A stretch of 64,000 bases of DNA from Felis catus (lineage: Eukaryota): the NCBI RefSeq assembly GCF_018350175.1, contig NC_058368.1, positions 100,318,001-100,382,000 of the forward strand. Direction: 5' to 3'. The notes beneath the pieces were generated by a model, which worked only from the letters and a program-made list of their open reading frames with translations, ran no database searches and was not told the DNA's origin. How positions within the stretch are numbered: the first letter of the stretch is position 1; each line of letters begins with the position of its first letter. A program made the position numbers and the translations under genes. Shown piece by piece: positions 37,833 through 51,706 of the stretch.

Positions 37833-38854
37833 CTTGGGCTCTGAGGAGGCAGTGGGAGTCCCAAGGGCAGACTCAGGGACGACTCCCTCTGTCTTCCCTC
37901 CACAGTGAGCCTGCGCCTCTGCTCTTGTGCCTGTTGGATGGGGCTGGCTGCTCGCTACAACCTGGGCTCTTGAGGGTAGGGTTGCACCTGTCAACTTCCT
38001 GTCCCTAATGTGGAATGCGGCATTTAGTAGGCCCACAGCTGGCATTCAGTGCATTGGGAATTCATTAATGAACGAGGAAAGATTATGCGTAATAACACCA
38101 GGAGCAGCCGGGATTGGTATGTGGGGCCTTGTCTCGCAGCACTCACTTTGCCTGTCAGCTCCCAGCTCTGGCCAGTGCCACAGAACTGCATTTGAGTCCC
38201 ACCGCATGGCCAGGAAGCCTCGACCCTGGATAGGGGTGTTCCTAGCCTCAAACTGTTCTGAGGTTCCCCATGTCGTGTTCAGCTTTAGGCTTTGCCTCTT
38301 CCAATATTGATGATTAGAGGAATTTAGGCACAGTCCAGTATATTCAAACTTCATGGTCTTATTTAACAGGATAAAAAAAAAAAAGAAATCCCAAACAAGC
38401 AGGATAGACCAAACACAAAAAAAGGCCCATCTGCCCTCCAGAACATGAACTAAGCAGGGGAGGAATAGCTGTGTCAGGGAGCTGTCTCTGTTGCCAGTGG
38501 TTTTAGAGACCTCACCACTCCCTGGAGAAAGTGGGAGATTGATATCCTGAGTAAATTAGCATTTGCACATACAGCATTTACATTTTGCAAGTGCTTCTAA
38601 CCCACTAATGGGCACGTTTGTCCCCGTTACCCCTAATGGTGAATGTCACTTAAAAGAACTCATACAACCAAGTTTCAAAGATTGGCACTCCCATAAAGCC
38701 ATACCAACCACATACTCAAATAAATGCACAGTTTGCAAATGGAAGAAACTGTCACTGTACGATCTGTTAGGTCCTATAAACATTGTAAGGGATCCTTGTC
38801 TCAGAGAAGACTCTGGGCGTCTCAGGCCCGCTTAAAGAGTGCTTTGAAATAGTA

Positions 38855-39020
38855 AATGGAATCAGGCCTAACCTCTGTTTTACCATTGATGACCAGTGTC
38901 AGCCTGGAAAGCTCATTGACCCGCTTGGGGTTTTTGTTTCTCGGAACGCACATGGGGAAAAGTGAATCCTGCTGTCACACGCTATGAGGGGGTAGGGAAT
39001 GAATGAAGCCTAGAAAATGT
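38855..39020 (+). mobile_element. MIR fragment
   Basis: TGGAATCAGGCCT...CATTGACCCGCTTGGGGTTTTTGTTTCTC. Confidence 0.5.
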
Positions 39021-40840
39021 TTGAACAATTCTTTGGGAAAGCTATTTGGAACAGTTTGAAGACAAGGTAGCTTGCCAGTATTTTTGCAAAGTAAATTCTA
39101 AAAAGATAAAAAAAAAACAAAACCCAAAAAACAGCCAAAAAAACCACATAGCCTGCATCCTGTAGTAGATAACTAAGCACTAGCCACGTTTAAGCCATTT
39201 GAAGATCCCTTCTTTAATAAGTCAAGGATGGTTCGAGACAGACACAGCTTTACATCCATTGGCTCCAGTTGTGAGAATGCTGCTTTCATACGAGTCTCCT
39301 ACAAAGGCTCTCGTGCCTCTCTGTGACCGTAATAGACTTTGTCCAACATGACGGCTCTGGTGTGCTGTGTTGGTGTAATTGAAAACCTATAAAAGGGCTG
39401 AGAGCTACTTTTGAATTGGCTCGGTGCACTTGGACTGGATCTGTCAAAGTGGTGAAAGGTTTAAAGGAATTTTCATAAATGAGGTCTCCAAGCTGTGTTT
39501 TAACCATCGAATTCCAATGAACTCCAAAGCCTGTGAACTCGGAGCATAGCGCCTCAGAGAAGAGCAGTCATATCAAGATGGAAATAAATGATTCATTTTC
39601 ATTCCCCGAGTTCTGCAGACATAAGCACACTTAACTGCTGATCATCATAATTTAGCAGTGCTGTTGTGCACTAAAAATACAATTTAAAAGTCTAATCTTT
39701 AATTAAATTGAGGACTCACAGATTAACATGGTTACAAATCTTGGGAGCTGGATATAGTACAATGTTTACTCATGTTGCTAAGAAATAGCAGGGCTCTTTT
39801 TAAGTTACAGATTGATTTGGTAAGTGGAGGGATATGGGCTCCTCCCAGCAAGGGCTTGACGGCTTCTCCTCAGCTTCTGTTTCATAATGTATGTAAATGA
39901 CTGTCACGGAGCAGAAATCCTGCACACTCAGAGCTTTGGTTGGCGACAGAAAGCACAGGTGTGTGCACCTGAGTCAACATTTGGAAGATGACTGAAAGGG
40001 AGGTTTTTACCTTGAGCCCCTTGCATGAAATAAACATCATCAAGTGTTCAGGTTTTTAACAAAACGAATCTTTCCATTTGGTAGAATTATCTATCAGGAA
40101 AATAGATTGTTCTTCAAAATAGAATCACCACGAGGCTAATTGATGGTTTTGCATTCTTGCCATTTGTGGGAAACTGTGAAATTAGTATAGAAATTTGATA
40201 CGGGTTGATGGTTTTCCAGAATCATTAAAACTTCCATGTAGGAAATCAACTCTGCTATTCTTTTTCCCCCCTTCCCCTCCCTTTGGCAAACCTCGCTGCA
40301 TGACACATTGTACAATAGTTTTTAAAAATGCAAAGCTAATGCTTGCACAGCATGAAAGGGAGCTGCCGTGCCAGCGCCCTCGCCTTGTCCCTGAAAAAGA
40401 CGAAAGATTTCTATGTGCTATTTCAGTTAGGATCAGGCGGCAAAGAGTGGCCTCCTCGAGCTCCAAAGTAGAACTGAGAAAAAACCCACAGGGGCAAATT
40501 ACTATTTGATCTCTTTGAGGCAGGCCCCTATATGTGGAGCTGGCGTTTCCAAGCGGAGGCTCTTAGGAAGAGATGGAAACATACTAGAATACTGGATTGT
40601 CTCCAGGAACAACGTCAGGGTTAGGATGCTTATTACAGGGTTTTTATCCTGTATCCAAGCTCCGAACAGTGTGGGGAGAAGTAAAGGAGGGTGCCACTGA
40701 GGGGCAGGATCACGACTGCACTCCCAGATGTGTGCCCGTGACCTCTCTTGGTAATTAACACACTTTTAACTTCCCTCTGGGTAATAATTGACTCATTAGT
40801 GCAGAAAGCAGTTGTTAATTTTGGGTAAGAATTGTTTTCT

Positions 40841-40973
40841 GGGGCACTTGGGTGGCTTAGCCAGTTCAAGTCTCACTCTTGATTTCGGCTCAGGTCATGA
40901 TCTCACTGTTTGTGGGTTCGAACCCCACATCAGGCTCTGTGCTGACAGTGTGGAGCCCACTCTGAATTCTCTG

Positions 40974-41013
<40 letters not shown>

Positions 41014-41107
41014 TCTCCCCCCTCCCTTACTTTCTCTGTCTCTCTTTCTCACACTCTCTCTCTTTCTTTCTCTCTCTCAGAAATAAAATAAATAAACTTA
41101 AAAAACA
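40841..41107 (+). mobile_element. Carnivore SINE with expanded (CT)n
   Basis: GGGGCACTTGGGTGGCTTAG head; TSD AA(G/A)AATTGTTTTCT. Confidence 0.95.
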
Positions 41108-41632
41108 TTTTATGAAAAAAAATTGTTTTCTCAGTCTGTGCACGTACCTTGTGTAGTTCCAAGTATATACTATATGATCGATACATTGTAACTGAATAAA
41201 TGAATCCTTCAACATGTCTTGAAAGTCACTGTACTAACATAAGACCTAAGGCTTAGTCCATTGCAGTAAATAGAGTTGAAGGCCTTGTCTTCTCAAAAGA
41301 TATCACCATGCTCCCTGTGTTATATGTGCTCAGAACATGCTTCCAAGGCAGGATACTATCAAGTGGGCAAAATTCGATGTGATAGAAAGTTTCACTGCCG
41401 AGCCTCTAGTTGGAATAGGTTATGGAATTGTAAGGGGTGAGAGACCTACTATTACAGAACTTTTCTTGCAAGAGAGGAATTTGAGGATTTGGAGATAGAA
41501 AGGTGAGATAAAACTAAAACACAGATTACAAGTTTCTTGGGGGTGGTAATTACCTCCATCATACTCACCGTCTCCTCCAAACACCCCACAGCATGCTTAT
41601 TAAATGGTGTGGCATAAAGACGGTGGATAGGA

Positions 41633-41830
41633 GGGGTGTCTGGGTGGTTCAGTTGGTTAAGCACAGACTTCAGCTCAGGTCATGATCTCACAGTTTGTGG
41701 TTTCGAGCCCCACGTCGGGCTCTGTGCTGACAGCTCAGAGCCTGGAGCCTGCTTCAGGTTCTGTGTCTCCCTCTCTCTCTGCCCCTCCCTCCCTCCCTCT
41801 CTCAAAAATAAATAAACATTAAAAAAAAAA
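41633..41830 (+). mobile_element. Carnivore SINE (SINEC_Fc type)
   Basis: GGGGTGTCTGGGTGGTTCAG head, A tail, degenerate TSD ending GTG(G/A)ATAGGA. Confidence 0.95.
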
Positions 41831-42044
41831 CAGATAGTGAATAGGAGGCAGAATACCATACTGGTTATGAGCTTGAGCTTGAACCTCAGAGCAAGGCTTG
41901 CCTCAGTCTCTTACTGTGTGTGTTTTCACATACATACTGAACCTCTTGATACTTTGATCTCATTTCTTCTTTTACTAACAGATATTTGTTGATACCCTCA
42001 TTTATTCAAGGTAATTTTTGGATGCTTGGGATAACTGGGAATAG

Positions 42045-42450
42045 TAGATAACCAGGTTCACTCTCTTCCTTTATCTACCTGCTTTGTGCGCTGAGATGTT
42101 TGGACTGAATCAGGAGGCTCCTTTGTTCTCTGACTTTTGATTGGATTTGGCCGGTGGGAGGCATCATCAGGACCGGAGCAGGCCGGTGGGAGAGAGTGCG
42201 AGCTGTTTACTTCCTGGGTTCCCTCCTTTACCAGGTTACTGCCTGCTCCTGTAGGCTCCTGCCAGGAGCCACCTCCACAAGGATGCTTTCTGGAGTCTGA
42301 TGACTGCCCTCCTACAGACGCTTCATGCTGATACCCCCGTCCTTTGGACTCACTAGCTCACCGTACCATCTCTTGTAGTTACTACAAAGCCTGCCCACAT
42401 GCTTGCATGTGGTCTCTTTATTAAGCTCCTCCAAGTGACTCCCTGTCTCA
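42045..42450 (+). mobile_element. ERVL solo LTR (LTR33-like)
   Basis: GGCTCCTTTGTTCTCTGACTTTTGATTGGATTTGGCC.GTGGGAGGCA...TTTATTAAGCTCCTCCAA. Confidence 0.65.
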
Positions 42451-44214
42451 GAGGTCATCGTGAGGATGACACGATTTAGGTAGAAGGTAAAACAGCGATG
42501 GGCTTCTAGTAGGTTTTCAACAGGTTCAGCGTGAGCATCGTCATTAGCTTTTTTTAATACAGCGTATTGGTTGGTCATGATGATTATTATGTTGTTCTTT
42601 TAAAATCTTGAAACGACGAGAAGACAGCTACCATCTTCCAAAGGTTAAGAACAGGATGAGTGAAACAGGGAGAGGTTAAGGGCTAAGGTCAGCGAGGGCT
42701 ACAGTGGCAGAACTAAAAAGCGAATTAAAGAGTTCTGACTCTGTCTCTTTGGACAGGGTTCTCCTTCACAACACATCTGGAAAAGGGAGTTAAAACTTCA
42801 AAGTGTTTAGCAAATTAAAACATAACCTACCTGGGATAATTGGGTCCATTTAGTGCAGGTGAGCCCCATTTGTGACCACTGAGTCATAATTGGGTTGAAT
42901 CATGCATGTGTCAGCGTCTTTACTTTAATTACTATAAGGGCTGGGGCTAAGATTTTCACATTTATGCCCCCCTGATACACTCAAGACAGATGATCCTTAG
43001 CCCTGTATTTCTTCTCCACCCTCGGGTGTAGATGTGCTCATTTATAATCAAAGCTGAATAGGAGACCAGCATTATGGTGCTTGCGTAGTAGATTTTGTGC
43101 ACATACACATTCTTTTGACTTCTAAGAGTTCTCTTTCTTGAATCACACAAAATAGTTTGCTGTGATATTTAGAGTCTCTTGTCTCTAACTTAATAGCACG
43201 CCGATGAAACTGTTGGTCAAGAACGAAAACTAACACATCCCCTGAAGAGGTAGGGGCCCCTTTGAAAACCAAACATGCTAGGACTTCTTTCCATTTGATA
43301 ATGAATTGGTCACAACTCTTGAAATTGCAGACTGTATGGATGCATCTTTCGAGGTTGTGGGAAAATTGTGTGAGGGTTCGTTCTCAAACTAGAAAGATAG
43401 TGAATGTCTGCGGTGTTTCGTTTTTACAATTAAGTAGAGTCGGGGAGGAATAGAAGTTTGAAAGACCTTTTGATGTCTGTCCAAATAAGAATTTATGTAT
43501 TGTCCCTTTTGTTCAAGTTGCTGAGCAGGGGGCGGGGGGGGGGGGTGGGGAAGAAAAGAAAAGAAAAACCACATATCTTGTTGCCAGAAGAACCGATGCT
43601 TCTGGAAGGAATGATTGTGACTAGAACCTTTGAATCCCCTTTTATCCTTTCACATTTGCCTTAAAGTCAACCCCTGCCTTCCTGCCTTCCTTGTTTGTGA
43701 AGAAGATGCTTTTCAGATATTGTGTACTTAGCAAATGCAAAGTTTCATAACTCTTTTATTCATCTATCGTTTGCCTGTTTATTGTCTTTGAATTGTCCTT
43801 TTTGGATGAGGTAATTCCACACAGTGCCATCAGGATCTCCCAGTTGATACTAATGAAGGCTCCTCTTGCTTCATTTCAGTCCTCTATTTCTGTTTAGTTT
43901 TCATCTCTTGCCATTTTTTTTTTTTTTTTTTTGCTTCCAGTAAAATCCGGTGGCATTTTCAGTGAGAGGAACTACTGTATTCATAGTAATCATTATTTTA
44001 AATGATTACACTGTTGTCACCACAGCAGTTGTGTTGACGTGAGTACTAGTAACATGGGAATAAAATTAAATTCTTAGTAGATCATACCAAAAGTATCATA
44101 TTACTGTACCTAAGAACCTTCGATGGCTGCTTGCCAAACAGAAGGAGTCATGAGTCCTTTAAAACAGAGTGACTGATGGATGGTGTTTGCAGATTGAAGA
44201 CTGATTACTTGAAG

Positions 44215-44600
44215 CAGTCATTCTGTAAACATGAGTTGATACCTTTCCTTGTGTAGATGCAGTCTTTTTCTTCTATGAACTTTCTATCTAGTAGAGGAGA
44301 GAAACTTGGGTGTTGATAGTCGAGGTGTGGGCAAGTGCTACAGTCAGAAGGAGGAGGGAGCCGTGAACTCCACCTGGGATGGGGGAGGAAGGTGGTCAGA
44401 TTATCAAGGGCTTGTCAGGAAAAGTGCCATTTGATTTAGAGCCCAAGGCCAAATGGGTGTTCACCAGGCAGAAAATTTTGGAGAGGGCAATGGCGTCTGA
44501 TACACTTGGGAAAATATAAGTATTTTGATGTGACTTCACAATAAGATATATGGTGTGCAGTGGCAGGAGATAATGTCAAAAGGATGACCAGGGCCAAACC
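44215..44600 (-). mobile_element. L2 fragment
   Basis: CATTCTGTAAACATG..TTGATACCT...GAACTTTCTATCTAGTAGAGGAGA. Confidence 0.5.
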
Positions 44601-44679
44601 TTGATCTGTTTCCCACTGCGGACAAAGGGGGCCTATGTTTCTTTTTCAGTGGGTGATGCTAATAAATAATCCTACCTAG

Positions 44680-45590
44680 ATTGTTGTGTCATCCATTCTC
44701 AAGGCTTATGCCGTCACCTGTGTTGATGACTTCCAAATTTTTATCGCTAGCCTTGGGCTAGAGATCCTCTTTGACTCTTGGTCATGTACATTGGGCTGTT
44801 TCATCAGCTCTCAAAGTTTACACCTCCAAAGTAAATTCATCATGTTTTCCTCAAAATCTTGGCTGTCTTCCAATTTCTTAATTGAGTGAATGGACCCAGC
44901 TTTCAAGGAAATTATCTGTAGTACTTTGTTCTCTTGAACCTCCCCATGCCCAGTATCTCCCAACAATCCCAGTCCTCAATAGATCTTACCTTGTTTGTTC
45001 AGTTACTCTCAACATCATTGAATGCTTTCCATCCACATTTGTCGTATCTTTATTCATGATGTCATCATTTTTCCCTTTGATCAGCCCAGCAACCTCTTAA
45101 CCCAGCCTTACTCCTTTCTGATCAGTTGCTGCACTGTTACCATGTTGATCTTTCTAAAATTGATTGCGTCTGTGATCATGCCAGTAAATTTGTAGTAGGT
45201 TTTCATTGCCTCTTTATAAAATAAAAAATCCTTAGCATGACATACAAGCCCTTACAATTGGCCCCACATACCTGTCCATCCTCATGGGTCCGGTGGCCGA
45301 TCCCCACGCCTCTCCAGACTTATTCAGTAACTTGAAGCTGCCTGAAATTTCCAGTCTATTAGTCTCCTAGGAATTTTCCTATTCCTGTTCCCAGACTTCT
45401 TACTCTGTGAACTCATTCCCCCTGACCTCTGCCTCCACCCAGGTTGGAGTGAGGTGTTTCCACAACTGTGTGGTGATAGATGGTTTACTTTTCTTTGTCT
45501 CCACTAGACTCCCAGTCCTCACTGCCAGGCTCCATGTCTCATTTATGTCTGCCATATTCCCAGTGCTTACCTTCATGTCTGGCACATAGT
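44680..45590 (+). mobile_element. L2 fragment
   Basis: TGATGACTTCCAAATTTTTATC, ATCCTTAGCATGACATACAAGCCC, TCCCAGTGCTTA...GTCTGGCACATAG. Confidence 0.7.
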
Positions 45591-45877
45591 TGTAGCAAAA
45601 ATAATAGTGTTTACGAAGGGCTTGTTATAGCTCAGGCAAACTGTTAATTTATTTACATACATTGTCTCCTTTAAAAGGCAACAACAACATCAAGCCATGT
45701 TTTGGAAAAGGAATGTGGCAGAAAAGTGAAGACTGGGTAAGACATTTGTTATAGGGAGTCAACTTAGGGCATTGTTTTAGCAACTGAGAATTTCAAAGAG
45801 ATCTGTACTAGTGGTAGAAGCAATAGAAATTTAGCAGAGAGACTTTGTGATAGTGATTCTTATCACTATATTTTAGT

Positions 45878-45922
45878 GATGGATGGATGGATGGATGGAT
45901 GGATGGATGGATGAATGGATGG
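45878..45922. repeat. (GGAT)n tetranucleotide microsatellite
   Basis: About 11 units with one GAAT variant. Confidence 0.97.
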
Positions 45923-46289
45923 TGAGTCCAGCACATGGTCCTTAGAACTTACTGCAGAACTGACTTTCTTTAACTTCTAAGTCTTACTAACTTTAGTGCG
46001 ACAAGCTTATTTGGTGGGACTAGAGCCCCAGCTCTCTGATGCAACTGCAGAAGCAGCCTGTATGGCAACACCCTGAGAGGAAACCAAGTCAAAAGCAGAC
46101 CCATCATAAGAGAGTAATATGGGATAGCTTTTAAAAATAGATGTTTAAAACTTTATGTATAAAATTATTAAATTAGGTTCAAAATTGTTGAGGTAGTTAT
46201 GGGAATATGCTGTATATTTAGAATTCTCTCACTCAAAAATGAAGCTTTGAGCAAAGTCATCCTAAGCATAGGGCTCCTCGGCAGAGGGT

Positions 46290-46500
46290 AATGCTGAAAA
46301 GCATGGACCTTGGAGTCAGACTTCCTGGTTTGAATTCTTGCTCAGACATTTACTAGCTGTTGTCACCCACATCAAGGTCCTGGGTCCAGTTCTTAACCTC
46401 TCAAGTGGCAGTGCCGTCTTTGCTGGGGTGATGTAACAATGAAATGACAATAGAAAAGCATGTGCCGTTGTAGCATGGTGGGATATGGCAAGCACTCACT
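46290..46500 (+). mobile_element. MIR SINE
   Basis: AGCATGGACCTTGGAGTCAGAC..CCTGGTTTGAATTC...TTACTAGCTGT. Confidence 0.75.
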
Positions 46501-47269
46501 CAAGTTGGGATTTACCTCCTTTCATAAACTCATTCCTTAGCAACAGTGAGAAAGGGAGAAGTTACTGCATTTGTGCCTCACCATATGTTTTCAACCAGCT
46601 TTGCTGATGTTTTGAAGATGTGTTATCATAGGAGAAATTTTGCTTGTTTCCTATTAAAAATGACAATCTTGTAAACTAAACTCCCCTGAAAGAGGAAGAG
46701 GTTGGTAGTGCACAACCTAAGTGCATTTGGTTTTTCCCCACAATTCCTGAAAGAAAAGTTATGAGATAAACAAATGTCAGTGCTGAACAATCATTTAATG
46801 CACATAACGTATTAAATATGATCCCTCGTCGACCTAGTTGGTTCCTATTTGGTGGGAATTCTCAAGTTTATTGGTTTTAAATGTTCATTGAGCAGTACTT
46901 TTTACAATTTGTTACTTTAGCTCTGTACCCAAACATCTTAATAGGAAGAACCCTTAAAATACGCTGTTTTCCAAATGTTCTGAAGATTTAATTAGCCTGT
47001 ATGTATTTCAAGGTAAAAGTAGTATGTCCTTAAGGAGGTTTGGCTGGGAAATTAAAAAAATATTTGATTTAAATAATGACCGCCTGACTGGTGATGAACA
47101 ACGAACGAATGGTAAACACCTGTAGTGTGAACCTAGCGACATCCTTCTAACTGTCTGCATTTTTGCTTTCGTTGGTTTCCTTGATTGATAGAGTCCATAT
47201 ATTTGGTTTCTTCTCTCAATTTGCTGACATTCTCTGTACCTTTACCTTGTTATTTTTTTCTCTTTTACC

Positions 47270-47440
47270 ACCCCATCTTAACATATCCTATGTTTATTTG
47301 ATTTGTATTGTCTGTCACCCCCACCTGAACGTAAGCCGAGCTGTGTAAGACTTCCCTTTGTTTACAGCTATACTCCCCAAAGTGAGCAGAGTGGCTGGCC
47401 CATCACAGAAATTCAGTAAATATTTGTTGAATGAGTAAGT
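47270..47440 (+). mobile_element. L2 3' end
   Basis: TCAGTAAATATTTGTTGAATGAGT terminal motif. Confidence 0.7.
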
Positions 47441-48191
47441 GTGCATATGGCAGCCTGTGCTTAGTGGACAGTCTTAAAAAGGTTGTGCAGCCACATAAAT
47501 GTGTTTTCGTAAATATTGTTTGCTGAATATGTTGGGTTGCTTGTTCATGGACACGCAAAACACAACTTGGGAAATGTGAAGAAGAATCAATGGAAAAATG
47601 TTAAATCACTCTCCCAACTCTGAGGCAACGATTTCAGATTCTGGCGTGTTCTTCCTTTCATGCATTCGATAGCATAGTTAGGTGTCGTCTCAGATTATAT
47701 TATTTTGTACCCTGCATTTTGTTTTTTTGCCTTAGTATTGTATCACCAGTACCTTTTTATGTTTTCATGAAAGTTTTTACAAAGACTTTTCTATTTAAAA
47801 ATGATGGAGTAAAAGTACATTTCTTGCCACCTTCCACATGACAGCAGGAGTAGTGAAAAACAGAGAAGAAAATGCATCTGTAATGAAACAAGTCATTCGC
47901 AACAAGCCCAGAGCACAGTCCTGGAAGTACACCTGCCAGGTGTGTAATGTGGGGATCCAGGTGAAGGAAGACATAAGAACCTGTGCTTTTCTCATCATCG
48001 TAGACCTTGAGCAAGACCCAGATTTCCCCTCAGATAAAGTACACTGCTGTAAAAGACTCCTCCAGCATCCCTGAGGTATGTGACCAGACCTAGAGCTGTA
48101 CATAGACTATGGGAGAAGTTGAGGGCAACTCTGTCAACACCTGAGTGTCACCACTGAATGGCAGAGAGATGGAACTGGAGGAGAAGCCATC

Positions 48192-48375
48192 TTTTTTTTT
48201 TTTTAAGTTTATGTATTTATTTTGAGAGAGAGAGACAGGCAGAGAAGCCCAAGGAGGCTCTGTACCATCAGCGTGAAGCCCAATGTGGGGCTTGAGCTCA
48301 TGGAACCATGAGATCATGATCTGAGCCAAAACCAAGAGTTGGACGCTTAACCAACTAAGCCACCCATGCACCCCC
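48192..48375 (-). mobile_element. Carnivore SINE
   Basis: CAACTAAGCCACCCATGCACCCC head and T-rich tail. Confidence 0.93.
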
Positions 48376-49448
48376 AGAGAAACCTTTTGATGTGCCAAGG
48401 AAGCTAGCTTCTTGGCTGAGGGAACCTGGTCAAAATGAAGTGCAGAAAGGAGAGAGAGTGGGCCGCCATTTCCCAAAAGGGCTTTGCTGCAAGGCATGTT
48501 GGAGCAAGCACTAGAAGGCTCTGGGACAGAAGAGAAAAACCTTTTGGGAAGAGCCAGCCAAGGCTTTTAGGGAAGTGCATTACTTACTTCAGACTCTGAG
48601 AACATACTAAGACACTAAATAGCATTTGGTAAACTAAGAGTGAATACTTTTTCCCTGACCTGTTGGTAGAGAGACATTGCCACTGTAGGGAGAAAATAAC
48701 CCATTAAGATTAGAAGTAAGAATGAAATAGCTGAGCGTGTACAAACTCTGTGTAGTTTACAGAAAGAGGTTAGCGCAAAGATAGGAGCCATAAATCAAAG
48801 ATTAAGCAACATGGCACAAAAGGGCACGTGTTTCTGTAATTGTAAAATGAGCTTTTCAGCAGAAGGTGAAGCTGAGCTTTTCAAATTTCTGGAATGTCAC
48901 TGTTTATTTATGAGCCAAGATAAAACTCATTTTTAGATAAATGACTAAATTGAAATACTATAATGCATACCATTCAAGCACTGTTATGGTTTAAAAATGT
49001 GACTATAAAAATGTCACATTATCACGGAACCTATTTGTTGGTTAGGTATTTGTCGAGTCCTATCTACTCTGTTTATTAACTCCCACTAGGTTTCACTACC
49101 GCCTGCCTCGTATAGCCAAAACACAGTAGCTATTGTAAAAGCAAGATAGAGTCCTTTGCACCACACGCAGTCCTGAAGATCTCAGGACCTCTTCAAGCCA
49201 GAGCTGAAATCGTTGACCATGACATTAGGTGAAGTAGAAATAAAGGCTCTTTGTTGACAGAGACCATTTACCATAAAGCCATGTGCTCTTCAGAATTCAA
49301 GTCCATGTATTTTATTTGAAACTTGACATCTTACATTCTAGTTTTTCTACCACGCACTCAAGCTATTATGGTGCCTCCCTACCAAATTTAACAGAGGCAT
49401 CTTACTGCCTAATTTACTATATAACTCATTTTAAAAAACCAGCTCCAT

Positions 49449-49670
49449 GGGGCGCCTGGGTGGCGCAGTCGGTTAAGCGTCCGACTTCAGCCAGGTCATG
49501 ATCTCGCGGTCCATGAGTTCGAGCCCCGCGTCGGGCTCTGGGCTGATGGCTCAGAGCCTGGAGCCTGTTTCCGATTCTGTGTCTCCCTCTCTCTCTGCCC
49601 CTTCCCTGTTCATGCTCTGTCTCTCTCTGTCCCAAAAATAAATAAATGTTGAAAAAAAAAAAAAAAAAAA
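49449..49670 (+). mobile_element. Young Felidae SINE (SINEC_Fc)
   Basis: CpG-rich GGGGCGCCTGGGTGGCGCAGTCGGTTAAGCGTCCGAC head, B box GAGTTCGAGCC, pure A tail, perfect TSD AAAAAACCAGCTCCA. Confidence 0.98.
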
Positions 49671-50039
49671 ACCAGCTCCAGTCCTGCATATTCTATATCT
49701 TGCAGGTTCTGAATTGAGATCTACCATCCATGTTAGTAAATTACATTTTACATGTTCTCTTCGGCCGCGAATAAAATGTTTTGAGACGGAGGACAGTTAG
49801 GAAGTCAGAAGCCATGAAGGGTGGGATATATACTATGGTGAAAACATAGAGGCGATGGCAGCCCCAAGAAAGAGCAGATTAGTGTGGAAGACTTGAGCTT
49901 TGTGAAGAGGAGAGAAGTGAATCAAGAGAATGAGCCAGGTAGTGCCAGGAGAGGATGCCATAGAAGGCGCGCATTCTCTGAAGAAGTTACAAAAAGAGGA
50001 ACTCCAGAAAAATGACAATAGAATGGCGAACTAATAAAT

Positions 50040-50280
50040 GCAAACATGTACGTACTGTGTGCAGGCGCTGTCCCAGGTGCTTGACACAGGTTAGCAAATT
50101 GAATCTTCACAATAACCCAGTGAGGTAGGAATGATTAACATCTCCGTTATATAGATTTTAAATGATAGCATAGAAAATTAAAGTAACTTGCTCAAGTCAC
50201 ACAGCTAACAAGAGGCCCAGCTGGAATTTGAGCCTGTGCACCTTAGATCCAAGTCCGTGCTCTTGATCACTGCGCTCTGT
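50040..50280 (-). mobile_element. MIR SINE
   Basis: AATCTTCACAATAACCCAGTGAGGTAGG...TTAAAGTAACTTGCTCAAGTCACACAGCTA. Confidence 0.85.
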
Positions 50281-50612
50281 TGTCCCTTTCAGACATGGGT
50301 GACAAATTCAGATGGTTTATAAGAGTTTCACTATTTGTTGTATGAATGAGTTGGCAGGCAGGTCTTTGCTCAAGGCCATCGTCTGAGTAATTCATACTCA
50401 GGAAAGGTCCAGCGGGGAGGTGATGAGTTAAAGAGGACACACGAGTTCATGTCAGTGGGATCAGCTGTAGTAAAATTGAGGAAGGGAAAACATAGGGTGG
50501 ATTAGAGAAGATTTTTTTTAATAGCAAAGCCTTATCTGGAAAATGTGGATATTCATATTAGAAAAAAATTTTCTTGTCAAAGTTCTCTTTTGTACTTGAA
50601 AAATATCTTATT

Positions 50613-50812
50613 GGGGCACCTGGGTGGCTTATTCGGTTAAGCATCTGAGTCTTGATTTTGGCTCAAGTCATGATCTTGTGGTTCATGAGATTGAGCCCTG
50701 CTTCGGGCTCTGCATTGACAGCATGGAACCTGCTTGGGATTCTTTCTCTCCGACCTTCCCGGCTTGCACACTTTCTCTCTCTCTTTCAAAATAAATAAAC
50801 TTTAAGAAAAAG
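50613..50812 (+). mobile_element. Carnivore SINE
   Basis: GGGGCACCTGGGTGGC head; TSD AAATATCTTATT. Confidence 0.95.
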
Positions 50813-51619
50813 AGAAATATCTTATTAAAAAATGTGCTAATATGTACCTTTGCAGTGGTCCTAGATTAACTAGCATATGGAATATTTCCTTGTCACCATC
50901 TTTCAAATGTGTAAAGCGCTGATGTGGGATAAGTGTCCAGTAATTGGTGGATTATTCCTTCAAATTAGTCCCCTTGGGCAAAAGGGATATTGAACCTATA
51001 GGTGTGGGTTTAGTTCCTTCAGTTTTCAAGAACTGTTATTAAATTGCCAGCGATATTATTCAATCAGGGTAGGTTTGGCCAGAAGGTACTTCAAAATGCA
51101 TTTGACAAAGCACTTTCACTATTAACAACTAACACAGTTGAAAGGGTGAGAGGAACACTTCAAGGCAACTCAAATACCTATTTTCAAGACTGTTTCCTAT
51201 TTCCTTGGTTTTTTTTTTACAAGCAAGATACTGTTTAATTTTATTTCAGATAAAAACAAAACCTAATGTTCTAACATTCATCGTTAATGGAATATGTTTG
51301 GGGGGGTGGGGGGGAAACAGCTCTCTAGAGAAGTTTGAGTTGAACAGTTGCCAAGGACCTAAAAGATGGGCTTCATCACATGCCATATCTAAGGTTTTGT
51401 CTTTACGATGTCTCAATAACTATTCAGTTCTATTAACTGTTTAATTTTGTGAATAAGCAAAACTGATCATTTGGCTTTTTTTCTCTTATCTTTCTCAACC
51501 CAAAGTACCCATTTGTGGCTGTAGAGATAGCAGACACACGACCTGTTTGGACAAATAAAAGATGTTTCAGTTATGATGGCATAGGAAGCCTGATCTCAGA
51601 AACCTTTAAAGCACACTTT

Positions 51620-51649
51620 TGGATTCTGTGTCTGCCTCTCTCTTCCCCT

Positions 51650-51706
<57 letters not shown>

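Noticed and set aside
45850..45869. Small hairpins (ATAGTGAT/ATCACTAT here; also ~25638-25659 and ~59284-59306)
   Set aside because: 8-bp stems are expected by chance and too short for a miRNA or structured RNA call.
47838..48081. 78-aa ORF with CxxC followed by a donor-like GAG|GTATGT
   Set aside because: No recognisable family, the stop precedes the donor, and there is no clear acceptor; probably chance.
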